DNA of 64,000 bases, from the NCBI GenBank assembly GCA_965203275.1, contig OZ241865.1, positions 352,001 to 416,000 on the forward strand. The letters are read 5' to 3'. The notes beneath the pieces are model-generated. The model was given only the letters and a program-made list of their open reading frames with translations, was not told the DNA's origin and did not search any database. The stretch's first letter is position 1. Each line of letters starts with the position of its first letter. This DNA is from Bdellovibrionales bacterium. GTDB lineage: Bacteria > Bdellovibrionota > Bdellovibrionia > Bdellovibrionales > JAUICD01. The position numbers were made by a program, and so were the translations under genes. Below are positions 29,670 to 40,057 of the stretch, piece by piece.

Positions 29670-30800
29670 CTTAAAATGCATAGATTTTTGAGACAATGAC
29701 CATTTTAGTGACCATTTTATTGACAGCGTGAGCCGTTAACGTTTTTCCGGGATCCGGGATCTGGCATCCGGCAACCGGCAACCCGGGATCCGGGATCTGG
29801 GATCTGGGATCCGGCAACCGGCAACCCGGGATCCGGCAGTCAGGCATCAGGCAACAGATCCCGGAACCCGGAATGCCTGCTTGCCTGATCCCGGATCCCG
29901 GGACCCGGGATCTGGGATCTGGGAACCGGCAACCCGGCATCAAAATGACTTTTTCCTTAACATGTAGTTAAGAGATGAGGAGATCCTCCTTACTAAAAAT
30001 AAACGGATTTTTGAGGCAATCAGCCTTTGATCGACGATCCTTTTATTCCTCTACACCATGTTAGGGAAACAAGATATTCGAGAGCCGTCGGGCTGATTGC
30101 CCAAAAACAGCCAGAGGCTGGTTTATTTTTAGTGAAACAACTCCTTAACATTGTGTTTATCCGGAATCTAGGATCCGGGATCTGGCAACCGGCAACCCGG
30201 CATCAGAAAGAACTCTTTTTCCTTAACATGGTGTCAAAAAACGAAGAGATTCTTCCTACTAAAAATAAACGGATTTTTGAGGTTGCCAGCATTTAAGAAG
30301 GCGAATAGCCTTCGGCTGGCAACCCAAAAGTGACCAGAGGTCAGTTTACTTTTAGTGAAACAAACTCCTTAACATCGTGTTTTTCCGGGATACGGGATCA
30401 GGAAACCGGCAACCCGGCATCAGAAAGAACTCTTTTTCCTTAACATGGTGTCAAAAAACGAAGAGATTCTTCCTACTAAAAATAAACGGATTTTTGAGGC
30501 AATCAGCCTTTGATCGACGACGAAAGTCGTCGGGCTGATTGCCCAAAAACAGCCAGAGGCTGGTTTATTTTTAGTGAAACAACTCCTTAACATCGTGTTT
30601 TTCCGGGATACGGGATCAGGAAACCGGCAACCCGGCATCAGAAGGAAATCTTTTTCCTTAACATGGTGTCAAAAAACGAAGAGATCCTCCTCTACTCAAA
30701 ATAAATGAATTTTCTAGGCAGTTAGCCTTTGATCGACGACGACAGTCGTCGGGCTAACTGCCAGAAAACATGCCAGAGGCATGATTTATTTTGAGTGAAA
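29670..30800. repeat. Cluster 5 of the structured element family with long GGATCC(C/G) heptamer tracts
   Basis: Heptamer tract at 29747-29938; units at ~29992 (interrupted), 30258, 30475, 30693. Confidence 0.9.
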
Positions 30801-30929
30801 ATAATACAAACTATAAGAAAAATTTATGCATAGAGGATTTTTTATTTTACATACTTCATTTATTATATTATGACTTTTTTAAAATTAAAAACAGCAATTC
30901 AAACATAACAAAAACAGGAGGATTAAAAT

Positions 30930-32318
30930 ATGAGAAAACAACTTAGATGGACTATAACTGATCCAACAAGACCTATGCTTTATCTATATCCTATAGATAG
31001 CGTAAGTCTTTCACCTATGACTATTTTAAATCGTATATCTATTGGTCAAAGTTCAAGCAATCATTTGCAATTACCTTGCTCTGGTGTGTCAAAATACCAT
31101 TTGTGCATTGAAAAAAGCGATAAAGGCTTTCTTGCTAGAGATTTAGGGAGTGAGACAGGCACTTACTTAAACGGAACTCATATCAATGAAGCCTATTTAT
31201 CTGAAGGAGATCGCTTAAGGATAGGTCATCAAGAATGGCTGATCTCTTTTATCCATAAAGACAATCACTTCCAAGAAGAAAATAATACTTATCTTCAATC
31301 TCAAAACGAAGTATGGAATAAAAGTCTACAATGCTTATCAAGGTATAGTAAAAAAGACTTACCTATTTTACTTCAAGGAGAATCAGGTGTAGGCAAGGAA
31401 GTCATTGCAAGGCATATCCATGACAAGTCTCCTCGCCGGCATGGTTTATTTGTTGCTGTGAATTGTAGTTCTCTTAAAGATTCTTTGATAGAAAGTGAAC
31501 TTTTTGGCCATATTAAAGGTAGTTTTACAGGAGCTACTTCTAATCGAAAAGGAGCATTTGAAGCAGCTCGCAGGGGAACTTTGTTTTTAGATGAAATAGG
31601 AGATCTTGATATTCATCTTCAACCTAAACTTTTAAGAGCTATTGAAAACAAAGAAATCCGTCCTGTAGGAAGTGATTCTACAATTAAAACAGACGTAAGA
31701 ATCATTGCAGCCACTCATAGAGATCTACCATCATTGATTCTACAGGATAAATTTCGATCTGATCTTTTCTTTAGATTAAATGTGATTCAAATAAAGATCC
31801 CAGCTCTAAGAGAACGTATGGAAGATTTTGAAAGCATTTTATTCAAATTTGCAAGAGAGATGCAGGTAAAATTCCATCAACCTGTGATTCAAAAAATTAA
31901 AGGATATCATTGGCCGGGTAATATCAGGGAGTTAAAGAACTTTGTAGCTCGTGCATCTGTTGTATGCAAAGATAAAGTGTGTGTTACTGATTTACCATAT
32001 TTGATTAACAGCCCTCTTATACGACCTCCCCTATCATCAAGTTCAACAAGCCTGATAGATAAACTGATCTCTGAACAATTGTTATCTCTTGACAAATTAC
32101 AAAATGATTCTATTCTAAGAGAGGTGGAAAAAATCATTATAACAGATGCTCTTATAAAACATAAAGGTCATCAAACTTCCACTGCAAAGTTCTTAGGAGT
32201 TTCAAGAAGTACACTGCATTCACGTATACAACAACATAGAATTAACATTGATAAAAAAATAGAAGAAATCAAATCAGATATGCAAAATGTTCAAAATGAA
32301 AACAACATCTTAAAATAA
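30930..32318 (+). CDS. FHA-domain sigma54-dependent transcriptional activator
   Basis: FHA (VSKYH..DLGSETGTYLNG), GESGVGKE, ESELFGH.KGSFTGA, LFLDEIG, WPGNIREL, Fis-type HTH. Confidence 0.94.
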   Translation: MRKQLRWTITDPTRPMLYLYPIDSVSLSPMTILNRISIGQSSSNHLQLPCSGVSKYHLCIEKSDKGFLARDLGSETGTYLNGTHINEAYLSEGDRLRIGHQEWLISFIHKDNHFQEENNTYLQSQNEVWNKSLQCLSRYSKKDLPILLQGESGVGKEVIARHIHDKSPRRHGLFVAVNCSSLKDSLIESELFGHIKGSFTGATSNRKGAFEAARRGTLFLDEIGDLDIHLQPKLLRAIENKEIRPVGSDSTIKTDVRIIAATHRDLPSLILQDKFRSDLFFRLNVIQIKIPALRERMEDFESILFKFAREMQVKFHQPVIQKIKGYHWPGNIRELKNFVARASVVCKDKVCVTDLPYLINSPLIRPPLSSSSTSLIDKLISEQLLSLDKLQNDSILREVEKIIITDALIKHKGHQTSTAKFLGVSRSTLHSRIQQHRINIDKKIEEIKSDMQNVQNENNILK

Positions 32319-32350
32319 AGCTTTATAATTATTGTTTGCAAAGGGTTATT

Positions 32351-32596
32351 ATGTTGAATATTGGTCTTATGGAATGGATTTTTTTATTCATAATAGTTCT
32401 TCTAGTTATAGGACCTGAGCAACTTCCTCAAATGACACAAATGATATTACGCACAATCAATGAACTCAAAAGAGCTATAAATTCCATCAAAATACATGAT
32501 TTTACAAAAGACTTTAACAAGAATACATCCAGTACAAATACAAAGTCTTCTATTAAAAAAAATCTTCCACCTCATTTCAAAATAACCAAAGAATAA
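32351..32596 (+). CDS. tatB: Twin-arginine translocase TatB/TatA-family subunit
   Basis: MLNIG..E......LLVIGPEQLP, directly upstream of tatC. Confidence 0.8.
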   Translation: MLNIGLMEWIFLFIIVLLVIGPEQLPQMTQMILRTINELKRAINSIKIHDFTKDFNKNTSSTNTKSSIKKNLPPHFKITKE

Positions 32597-32621
32597 CAAC
32601 TTAAATTATTTAAGATATGCC

Positions 32622-33362
32622 ATGACTGGACAAAATGATCCTTTAAACTCAACAAGTCAAGATACATTGATTGGTCATTTAATTCAATTGAGAAAAAGAC
32701 TGATTTACTCTTTATATGGGATATTCATTGGTTGTTTGCTGTGTTGGCTAGGGAGTGATTTTTTATTTGCTATCATTAGAATGCCCATAGAGCCTTTTCT
32801 TACCACAGATTCCAAAGGTTTGATCTATACTGGTGTGATGGATAAATTTATGGCCTATATAAAGATTTCTTTTTTAGGAGGTATTATTTTTACCTGTCCT
32901 TATTGGCTTTATCATGTATGGATTTTCATAGCCCCTGGACTTTATCTCAAAGAAAAAACATATACATTTATATTTGTGATCTTAGGGAGTCTTCTTTTTT
33001 TAACAGGTGTGGCTTTTGTTTACTTTATTGTTTATGATTTGGTATTTTATTTTTTAATGAATTTTGGAGACCCTCAAGATGTTCCGCTTATTTCTATAGA
33101 TAAATATCTTTCCTTTTTCATCACGACCACACTTGTCTTTGGTTTAGCTTTTGAGCTACCACTTATTTTGACTTTTTTATCTTTGATGGGCATATTATCT
33201 CGAAAAGACCTTATAGAAAAAAGACCTTATGCTATTGTTTTACTAGCTATTTTATCAGCACTGCTCACCCCTCCAGATGTGATCAGCATGGCTCTTATGA
33301 TGGGTCCATTGCTTTTACTCTACGAAATATCTATTTTTGCAGTAGGAGTTATCTCAAAATGA
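32622..33362 (+). CDS. tatC: Twin-arginine translocase TatC
   Basis: HL..LRKRL, W.FIAPGLY..E, FELP, LTPPD. Confidence 0.96.
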   Translation: MTGQNDPLNSTSQDTLIGHLIQLRKRLIYSLYGIFIGCLLCWLGSDFLFAIIRMPIEPFLTTDSKGLIYTGVMDKFMAYIKISFLGGIIFTCPYWLYHVWIFIAPGLYLKEKTYTFIFVILGSLLFLTGVAFVYFIVYDLVFYFLMNFGDPQDVPLISIDKYLSFFITTTLVFGLAFELPLILTFLSLMGILSRKDLIEKRPYAIVLLAILSALLTPPDVISMALMMGPLLLLYEISIFAVGVISK

Positions 33363-33656
33363 ACAACACTATTCTTTTTAAAATATTTAAGTGGTTGTTG
33401 GCTATCCTTTTAGGCAGTCTCCTTTTAGCAAGCTTCTATAAAAGTATACTCTGATCTTTTACTATGAAAATAAATAGCTTGAGATTATTGTTATAATTAT
33501 TTAAAATAATTGTATTTTTTAACTTTAAGCAATATTTATTTTTTACATATTTGTATTTATAGTTGATCTAATATCAAGGTATAAAATAATTATTATAAGA
33601 AAAGTTTTTTGACAATATGTTTAAAATATGTCAGTTTAAAATACGTTATTATAAAA

Positions 33657-36353
33657 ATGAAAAATAATAACGACAAAGAAAAAGTGAGAAGTCTCGTGCC
33701 GGTAAAATCATCCCACAAAAAACTTGTCATTGTAGAGTCTCCCACAAAGGCTCGCACTATACGTAAGTTTTTAGGACAAAACTTTGATGTGATCTCTTGT
33801 ATGGGACATGTCAGAGACCTTCCTAGCAGTGCTAAAGATATTCCAGAAAAATACAGAAAAGAATCTTGGTCTAAACTAGGTGTTAATGTGGATAGAGATT
33901 TTTCACCTCTTTATTGTGTTCCTCCAAAAAAGAAAAAAACTATTACAGAGCTTAAACAAAAGCTCAAAAATGCTTCTGAGCTTTATTTAGCAACAGATGA
34001 AGATAGAGAAGGTGAAAGTATCTCATGGCATCTTTTAGAAATTTTAAAACCTAAGGTGCCTGTTAAAAGGATGGTTTTCCACGAAATCACTCGCAAAGCT
34101 ATTTTAGAATCTTTAGAAAGTACTAGACAAATTAACGAAGATTTAGTCAGAGCCCAAGAGGCTCGTCGCATATTAGATCGCTTAGTTGGCTACACCATTT
34201 CACCCCTTTTATGGAAAAAAATTGCTTATGGTTTATCTGCTGGTAGGGTGCAATCAGTTGTTGTGCAAATTCTCACAGAAAGAGAACTTGAAAGAATGAA
34301 ATTTATTTCCGCAGATTATTGGAACTTGCTTGCTGAGCTTTCACCTCAATCTTCTCAGACTCAAGAGACACCACTTCCTGAAAAGCAAACATTTCAGGCT
34401 AAACTGCTCAGTCTTGACAATAAAAAAATAGCCAAAGGTCAAGACTTTGATCCAGAGACAGGGAAGCTTTTTAAAAATAAACAAGTAGACACACTATGGC
34501 TCTCAAAAGAAAAAGCTGAGAAATTAAGACAAGAAATCCAATCTGCTACTTGGAAAGTGATAGAAGTTAATAAAAAAACACTTTATCGAAAGCCCCCTTC
34601 TCCATTTATTACTTCTACTTTGCAACAAGATGCCAGTCGTCGTTTCAGATGGGGAGCTACCCATGTTATGAGAGTAGCTCAGGCTCTTTATGAACAAGGG
34701 CATATCACTTATATGAGGACAGATAGCACTTTTATTTCTAGTCAAGCTATTAACACTGTCAGACAGTCTATACAAAAACTTTATGGTAAAGAGTATTTAC
34801 CAGATCGGCCTAGAAGTTATGCCTCAAAAAAAGTCAAAGGGGCTCAAGAAGCCCACGAAGCTATTCGCCCTTCCGGCACAGACTTTCAACATCCCAGTCA
34901 AATGAAACTTGAAAAAGACCAATTAAAACTTTACGATTTGATATGGAGACGAACCATAGCCTCTCAAATGACTGACTCAAAACAAAGACAAGTTAGTTTC
35001 AGGATTCAAGCTCATCAAGCTATTTTTTCAGTATCAGGTACAACTATTGAATTTCTTGGCTTTTTAAAAGCTTATGAGGAGGGCCGAGATGAAGCTAAAG
35101 ATGAAGAAAACATTATCTTACCTGATCTCCAAGAAGGGGATCTTTTGACCTGCCATAAAATAGAGTCTACTTTGCATAAGACCAAACCTGCTGCTAGATA
35201 CACAGAAGCTAGTATTATTCAAACTATGGAGAAAAGAGGCATTGGCCGTCCTTCTACGTATGCACCCACCATCTCTACCATCACGCAGAGGGGATATGTG
35301 ATCAAGCAAAACTCTGTTTTGATCCCGACCTTTACAGCATTGGTTGTCTCACAATTACTTAAAAGTCATTTACCGGATTATGTAGAATCAGAATTTACTT
35401 CTGAGATGGAAGAATCTTTAGATAATATTGCAGAGGGCCGGTTAGATTGGGTGAAATATTTAAAAGGCATTTATTTTGGAGATGCTGGACTGAAAGATCT
35501 CGTCAAGAAGCAAGAAGAAGAAATTGACCCAAATGAAGCACGATCGCTTAATGGCATTGAAGAGTTTAAACAAAAAGACTTAGATCAATTTGAATTTCGA
35601 GTGGGTAAATATGGAGCCTATGTGTGTAAGGAAGGCACAGAAGGCAAAGTCTGTGCTTCTATTCCAGATGTGCAACCTCCCGCAGAAGTCGATGCAGAGT
35701 GGATCAATAAACTCATAGAGAAAAAGCTAACAGGAGCAGATGCCTTTGGCAAAGACCCTCAAACTGGCCAACCTATTTATTTATTAGAAGGTAGGTATGG
35801 ACCTTACATTCAGTTGGGGGAATTAGGAGATGCCTTAGGACTTAGTAAAACTTCTATTAAAAGAGCTTCTATTCCTAAGCATCTATCCTCTGAAGATCTC
35901 ACCCTAGAGCAAGCTCTTTTTTTATTATCTCTCCCTAAAACTCTAGGCCATCATCCTCAAGATAAAAAACCCATCAAAGTAGGGAATGGACAATTTGGTC
36001 CTTATATAGTGCATGAAAAAGATTACAGATCTATACCTAAAGAAGACAATCTTTTTAGTATTGATTTGAAAAGAGCTTTAGAGTTACTTGCTCAGGAAAA
36101 AAGAGGCCGAGGGCGAAAAGCTCAAACACCTTTAAAAGAATTAGGCCGCCATGAAGAAAAACCTCTGGCTATTTATGAGGGTCGGTATGGTCCTTATATC
36201 AAGTGGGACAAAAAAAACTATGCCCTGCCAAAAGATGTACCACTTGAAAAAGTCAACTTAAAGAAAGCTATTGAAATTATAGACAATAAAATAAAAGAAG
36301 ACCCTAAATTCAAAAGTAAAAAAAGTTATAAGAAAAAAGCAAGTAAAAAGTAA
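33657..36353 (+). CDS. topA: DNA topoisomerase I with C-terminal Topo_C repeats
   Basis: IVESPTKA, ATDEDREGE, SAGRVQS, ITYMRTD, GIGRPSTY; repeated GRYGPY modules. Confidence 0.97.
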   Translation: MKNNNDKEKVRSLVPVKSSHKKLVIVESPTKARTIRKFLGQNFDVISCMGHVRDLPSSAKDIPEKYRKESWSKLGVNVDRDFSPLYCVPPKKKKTITELKQKLKNASELYLATDEDREGESISWHLLEILKPKVPVKRMVFHEITRKAILESLESTRQINEDLVRAQEARRILDRLVGYTISPLLWKKIAYGLSAGRVQSVVVQILTERELERMKFISADYWNLLAELSPQSSQTQETPLPEKQTFQAKLLSLDNKKIAKGQDFDPETGKLFKNKQVDTLWLSKEKAEKLRQEIQSATWKVIEVNKKTLYRKPPSPFITSTLQQDASRRFRWGATHVMRVAQALYEQGHITYMRTDSTFISSQAINTVRQSIQKLYGKEYLPDRPRSYASKKVKGAQEAHEAIRPSGTDFQHPSQMKLEKDQLKLYDLIWRRTIASQMTDSKQRQVSFRIQAHQAIFSVSGTTIEFLGFLKAYEEGRDEAKDEENIILPDLQEGDLLTCHKIESTLHKTKPAARYTEASIIQTMEKRGIGRPSTYAPTISTITQRGYVIKQNSVLIPTFTALVVSQLLKSHLPDYVESEFTSEMEESLDNIAEGRLDWVKYLKGIYFGDAGLKDLVKKQEEEIDPNEARSLNGIEEFKQKDLDQFEFRVGKYGAYVCKEGTEGKVCASIPDVQPPAEVDAEWINKLIEKKLTGADAFGKDPQTGQPIYLLEGRYGPYIQLGELGDALGLSKTSIKRASIPKHLSSEDLTLEQALFLLSLPKTLGHHPQDKKPIKVGNGQFGPYIVHEKDYRSIPKEDNLFSIDLKRALELLAQEKRGRGRKAQTPLKELGRHEEKPLAIYEGRYGPYIKWDKKNYALPKDVPLEKVNLKKAIEIIDNKIKEDPKFKSKKSYKKKASKK

Positions 36354-36425
36354 AATATGTGTTATAATAAATAAATAGGCTACTTTTGTAGGCAACAGCA
36401 TAATTATTGTATCGGAGATAATCAA

Positions 36426-38525
36426 ATGAAGTTTCATCAATACTATTGGCAGCATTGGCAACAAAAATGTTCAAATCAAATGAAAAAGGCCTCTCAAGGG
36501 CTTTTAAAATATTTATACAAATGCAAGTTCTTGTTTATATTACTCATCTTTGTTTATCTTTTCAGTGTTCATCTTTTAAACAGCAATAAAGCTATTGCAG
36601 CTTCTTTAGATTGTCCCTTTTTGCATCCTATTATCACGGCTATGCTTCAAGATCATATTATACATAGTCAGATCACAGTCAATTTAGAGCATAAGACAAT
36701 CGATCAATATATTAAATTTTTAGATAGCTCTAAAATTTACCTTCTCCAATCGGATGTCAATAGGATTAAAAGATTAATGAAAGGCATTTATAAAAACTTA
36801 CAGCAACAGTCCTGTCAAACACTTATGACTATTCAGCAGATTTATTTGAAAAGAACAAAAGAGCGTATGGAATTTGCTCAAAGATTTTTAGGTAAAAACT
36901 ACAAATTGAACTCAAAAGAGCAAATTCATTTAGATGCTTCTAAAAGAAAGTATCCTAAAACAAAAGCTCAATTAGAGAATTTTCAAAAAAAGTATATTCA
37001 TTTCCAGATGGCTAATTTTATGGTTGCTGATATGAATCTTAATGAAGCGAAACAGCAAGTTCTTAAGAGGTATCAAAGGGAATTTAACCAGCTTTCTAGT
37101 AGAAAGCCAGAAATTCTTTACGCTAATTTTTTGTATGCAGTCGCCAGAAGTCTTGATCCACACTCTGACTTTCTCTCTAAAGATCGCTTAGAGGATTTTG
37201 AAATGCAGATGAAGTTATTTTTAGAAGGCATAGGAGCTTCTTTAAGCTCTGAAAATGGTTACACTGTGATAGAAAATCTTATAAAAGGTGGAGCTGCGGA
37301 AGCTTCTGGTCTTTTAGAAGTAGAAGATAAAATTTTAGCTGTTGCTCAAGGAACCAAAGGTTCTTTTGTCCCTATTATTGACATGCCCCTCAACGAGGTT
37401 GTGCAGTTGATTCGAGGACCTAAAGGCACAAAAGTACGTTTAAAGATTCTACGCCCTGTACCGGGTAAAAAGCCAAAACATTTTCAAATCACACTCATAC
37501 GTCGCAAAATTAACTTAGAAGAAAATGCTGCAAGTATTCGCTATGTTGATCATGTCAATAAAACTTCTAAAAAGAGAAAAAAGAAAATTTCTGTTTTAGA
37601 TTTACCTTCATTTTACCTGGATTCTCAGAGAAAAGGCCGGTCCTCCTATAAGGATGTTAAAAAACTTCTTCAACAAGTAAGAAAAAGAAAAGCTGATGGC
37701 TTGGTTTTGGATTTATCTTCAAATGGTGGTGGCAGTTTGACAGAAGCAGTGAAGGTGGCAGGGCTTTTCTTTAAAACTGGTAATGTCGTAAAAACATCTG
37801 GGAAAACTCGAAATATGACAACATCCGAAATATTAAGTGACAAGGATACTCAGGTCGATTATGCAGGACCTCTTGTGATTTTAACCAGCCGATTGAGTGC
37901 CAGTGCCTCTGAAATTGTTGCAGGAGCTTTACAAGATTATGGACGTGCTGTGATTGCAGGAGCTGATCATACGTATGGCAAAGGAAGTGTGCAGTCTGTG
38001 ATCAATTTATCTAAAGACATTGGAGCTTTTAAAATTACAATGGGTATGTTTTTTATCCCAGGGGGAGGATCCACACAGCATACAGGAGTGATCTCTGATA
38101 TTATTTTCCCCAGTGTTTATGCCAGAGAAGATGTTGGAGAGCAGTATTTAGATTATTCTTTACCTCCTAAAAAAATTAAACCTTTTATTTCTCAAACAGC
38201 TTTTGTAGATAAAGGGCGTCAAGCTTGGAAAAAAGTGACAAAAAGTATTTTAAAAAAATTAGCTCATCAATCTCAAAGACGAATAGGTAAGAGCAAGGAT
38301 TTTAAGGAAATTCAAGATGAAATTAAAAAGAATAAAGAACGTGATCATATTATTCATATATCAGAAATTTTAAATGAAAATGAAGACTTGAAAGAGAAAA
38401 AAGAAATTGCAAAACAAAAACGACGTGATCCTGATTTTAAAGAGAAAGAATACATGAAAAGAGCCGATATTAAAGAAGCTGTCAATATTGCAGCAGATCT
38501 TGCTGACTTATTGCATTCAAAGTAG
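36426..38525 (+). CDS. prc: Tail-specific (carboxy-terminal processing) S41 protease, Prc/Tsp-like
   Basis: LDPHS, EGIGA PDZ, DLSSNGGGSL, SASASEIVAGALQDYGRA, TYGKGSVQ; exact start uncertain. Confidence 0.93.
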   Translation: MKFHQYYWQHWQQKCSNQMKKASQGLLKYLYKCKFLFILLIFVYLFSVHLLNSNKAIAASLDCPFLHPIITAMLQDHIIHSQITVNLEHKTIDQYIKFLDSSKIYLLQSDVNRIKRLMKGIYKNLQQQSCQTLMTIQQIYLKRTKERMEFAQRFLGKNYKLNSKEQIHLDASKRKYPKTKAQLENFQKKYIHFQMANFMVADMNLNEAKQQVLKRYQREFNQLSSRKPEILYANFLYAVARSLDPHSDFLSKDRLEDFEMQMKLFLEGIGASLSSENGYTVIENLIKGGAAEASGLLEVEDKILAVAQGTKGSFVPIIDMPLNEVVQLIRGPKGTKVRLKILRPVPGKKPKHFQITLIRRKINLEENAASIRYVDHVNKTSKKRKKKISVLDLPSFYLDSQRKGRSSYKDVKKLLQQVRKRKADGLVLDLSSNGGGSLTEAVKVAGLFFKTGNVVKTSGKTRNMTTSEILSDKDTQVDYAGPLVILTSRLSASASEIVAGALQDYGRAVIAGADHTYGKGSVQSVINLSKDIGAFKITMGMFFIPGGGSTQHTGVISDIIFPSVYAREDVGEQYLDYSLPPKKIKPFISQTAFVDKGRQAWKKVTKSILKKLAHQSQRRIGKSKDFKEIQDEIKKNKERDHIIHISEILNENEDLKEKKEIAKQKRRDPDFKEKEYMKRADIKEAVNIAADLADLLHSK

Positions 38526-38547
38526 TTTGATGTCTCATTGCTTTTTT

Positions 38548-38650
38548 AGGGGAGGGGGGTGAGAAAAAAGGGGAGTGGGGTAGATAAGAAAAAGGGGGAT
38601 GAGAAAAGGGGGATGAGAAAAAAGGGGGATGAGAAAAAAAGGGAGTGAGG
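38548..38650 (+). repeat. Purine-rich G-run tandem tract
   Basis: Repeated GGGGGATGAGAAAA(A) units; no C on the + strand. Confidence 0.8.
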
Positions 38651-38721
38651 AATACAAATCAAAAGTATAGAATTTGAAATTTATAAAGCCAAGCTCTTCT
38701 TAAAACTTATAAAATGCAACT

Positions 38722-39078
38722 ATGAATGAGCAAAATCACACAAATAAATTATTTGGATATTTTCCAAACGAATTTGTCAAGAAAGATAGCATCAAACCTA
38801 TTATTAGCTGTCTTATAGTTATCTCTACTATGATGCTGATAGTTTTTGCTAAAATGGAAGTTCGTAGGCTTGGGTATGCTGTTTTTAAACTCACAAAAAC
38901 AGAACACCAAATGACAGATGCCTACCGTAAAAAACAAATTTTTCTGGCAGGACTGAATAGACCTGAACGTATTGAACACCTTGCTCGTGAAAAACTTCAT
39001 CTTAAAAAAGCTAGAAAAGATCAAATCATCCAGCTTGTTGCAGAACAAACAGCCCTCAGATACTCAACAGATCATTAA
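38722..39078 (+). CDS. FtsL-like cell division protein
   Basis: Single TM, coiled coil, L.RPERIE.LA..KL.L motif. Confidence 0.65.
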   Translation: MNEQNHTNKLFGYFPNEFVKKDSIKPIISCLIVISTMMLIVFAKMEVRRLGYAVFKLTKTEHQMTDAYRKKQIFLAGLNRPERIEHLAREKLHLKKARKDQIIQLVAEQTALRYSTDH

Positions 39079-39087
39079 CTCTTTTTC

Positions 39088-39720
39088 TCTCACTAAAAAT
39101 AAACCAGCCTCTGGCTGTTTTTGGGCATTGCTCTGACAGCTTACGCTGTCTAAAAAGAGCAATGTCGTTGCTTCACTAAAAGTGGTCTGACCTCTGGTCA
39201 CTTTCTGGCGATGACCACGATGGCTTTCGCCATCGGTAAAATGGTCATCGCCTAGAAAGCTTGACCACTTTTAGTAGGAAGGATATCTTCGTTCCTTAAC
39301 TCCATGTTAAGGAAAACGTTCTTTCTTACACCTGCTTGCCGGGTTGCCGGATCCCAGATCCCGGATAAACACGATGTTAAGGAAACAGAGTTTCATTTTT
39401 TTATTTTTTTTTTATTCTCTTTTAGATTCTGCGTAACTCTCAAAAAAAAGTAATTAAGAGGAGGATGGGGCAACGGGAGGCTGAAGATCTTCCGCAAATT
39501 GAGCTTGCTCCTTAAAAGCAAGCTCAATTGAGGACTTCGGAAGGCTCCCGTTGCCCCATCCTCAAGTAAAAACAAAATGGAAAAGCAGAATCGAAGGGCG
39601 GTGGGTGGGGTTAGGGAGAATCCTCTTGTCTCTTGACTACATGTTAGGGAAACAAAACGCCTTTCCTGCCTGATGCCGGGTTGCCGGATCTCAGATCCCG
39701 GATAAACACGCAAGATGTTC
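39088..39720. repeat. Cluster 6 of the structured element family plus a second module type
   Basis: Complete unit at ~39174-39275; 39395-39520 is homologous to the reverse complement of ~60505-60620. Confidence 0.8.
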
Positions 39721-40024
39721 ACTTCTTTTTATTTTTGCTCTCTTGACTCCTTTTACTTTTATTTTTTGCTTCTTTGATAGCTGCTAACATTCTGCTACTG
39801 GGTACAGTTGCAGAAACGTTGTTGCCTGCTTCAATTTTGAAGTACTCAGGAATTGATTTTCTTGAGACAACTGTGCGACGACCTCCTCTTTGAGAAAGAG
39901 TTACTGTATCTTTATCAAATTTTATAATCCTTCCTGTAATTGTCGCATTTTTATAAATTCCTGCAAAAACAGGAGTTATACACAAAATAATTCCTCCGGT
40001 AATTAAAATTATTAAAGTCTTCAT
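39719..40024 (-). CDS. Small secreted hypothetical protein
   Basis: AAGGAGG RBS, signal peptide ending VFA. Confidence 0.75.
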   Translation of the reverse strand: MKTLIILITGGIILCITPVFAGIYKNATITGRIIKFDKDTVTLSQRGGRRTVVSRKSIPEYFKIEAGNNVSATVPSSRMLAAIKEAKNKSKRSQESKNKKK

Positions 40025-40057
40025 TGTTTAATCCTCCTTAGGTTGTTTCTTCGTTTG

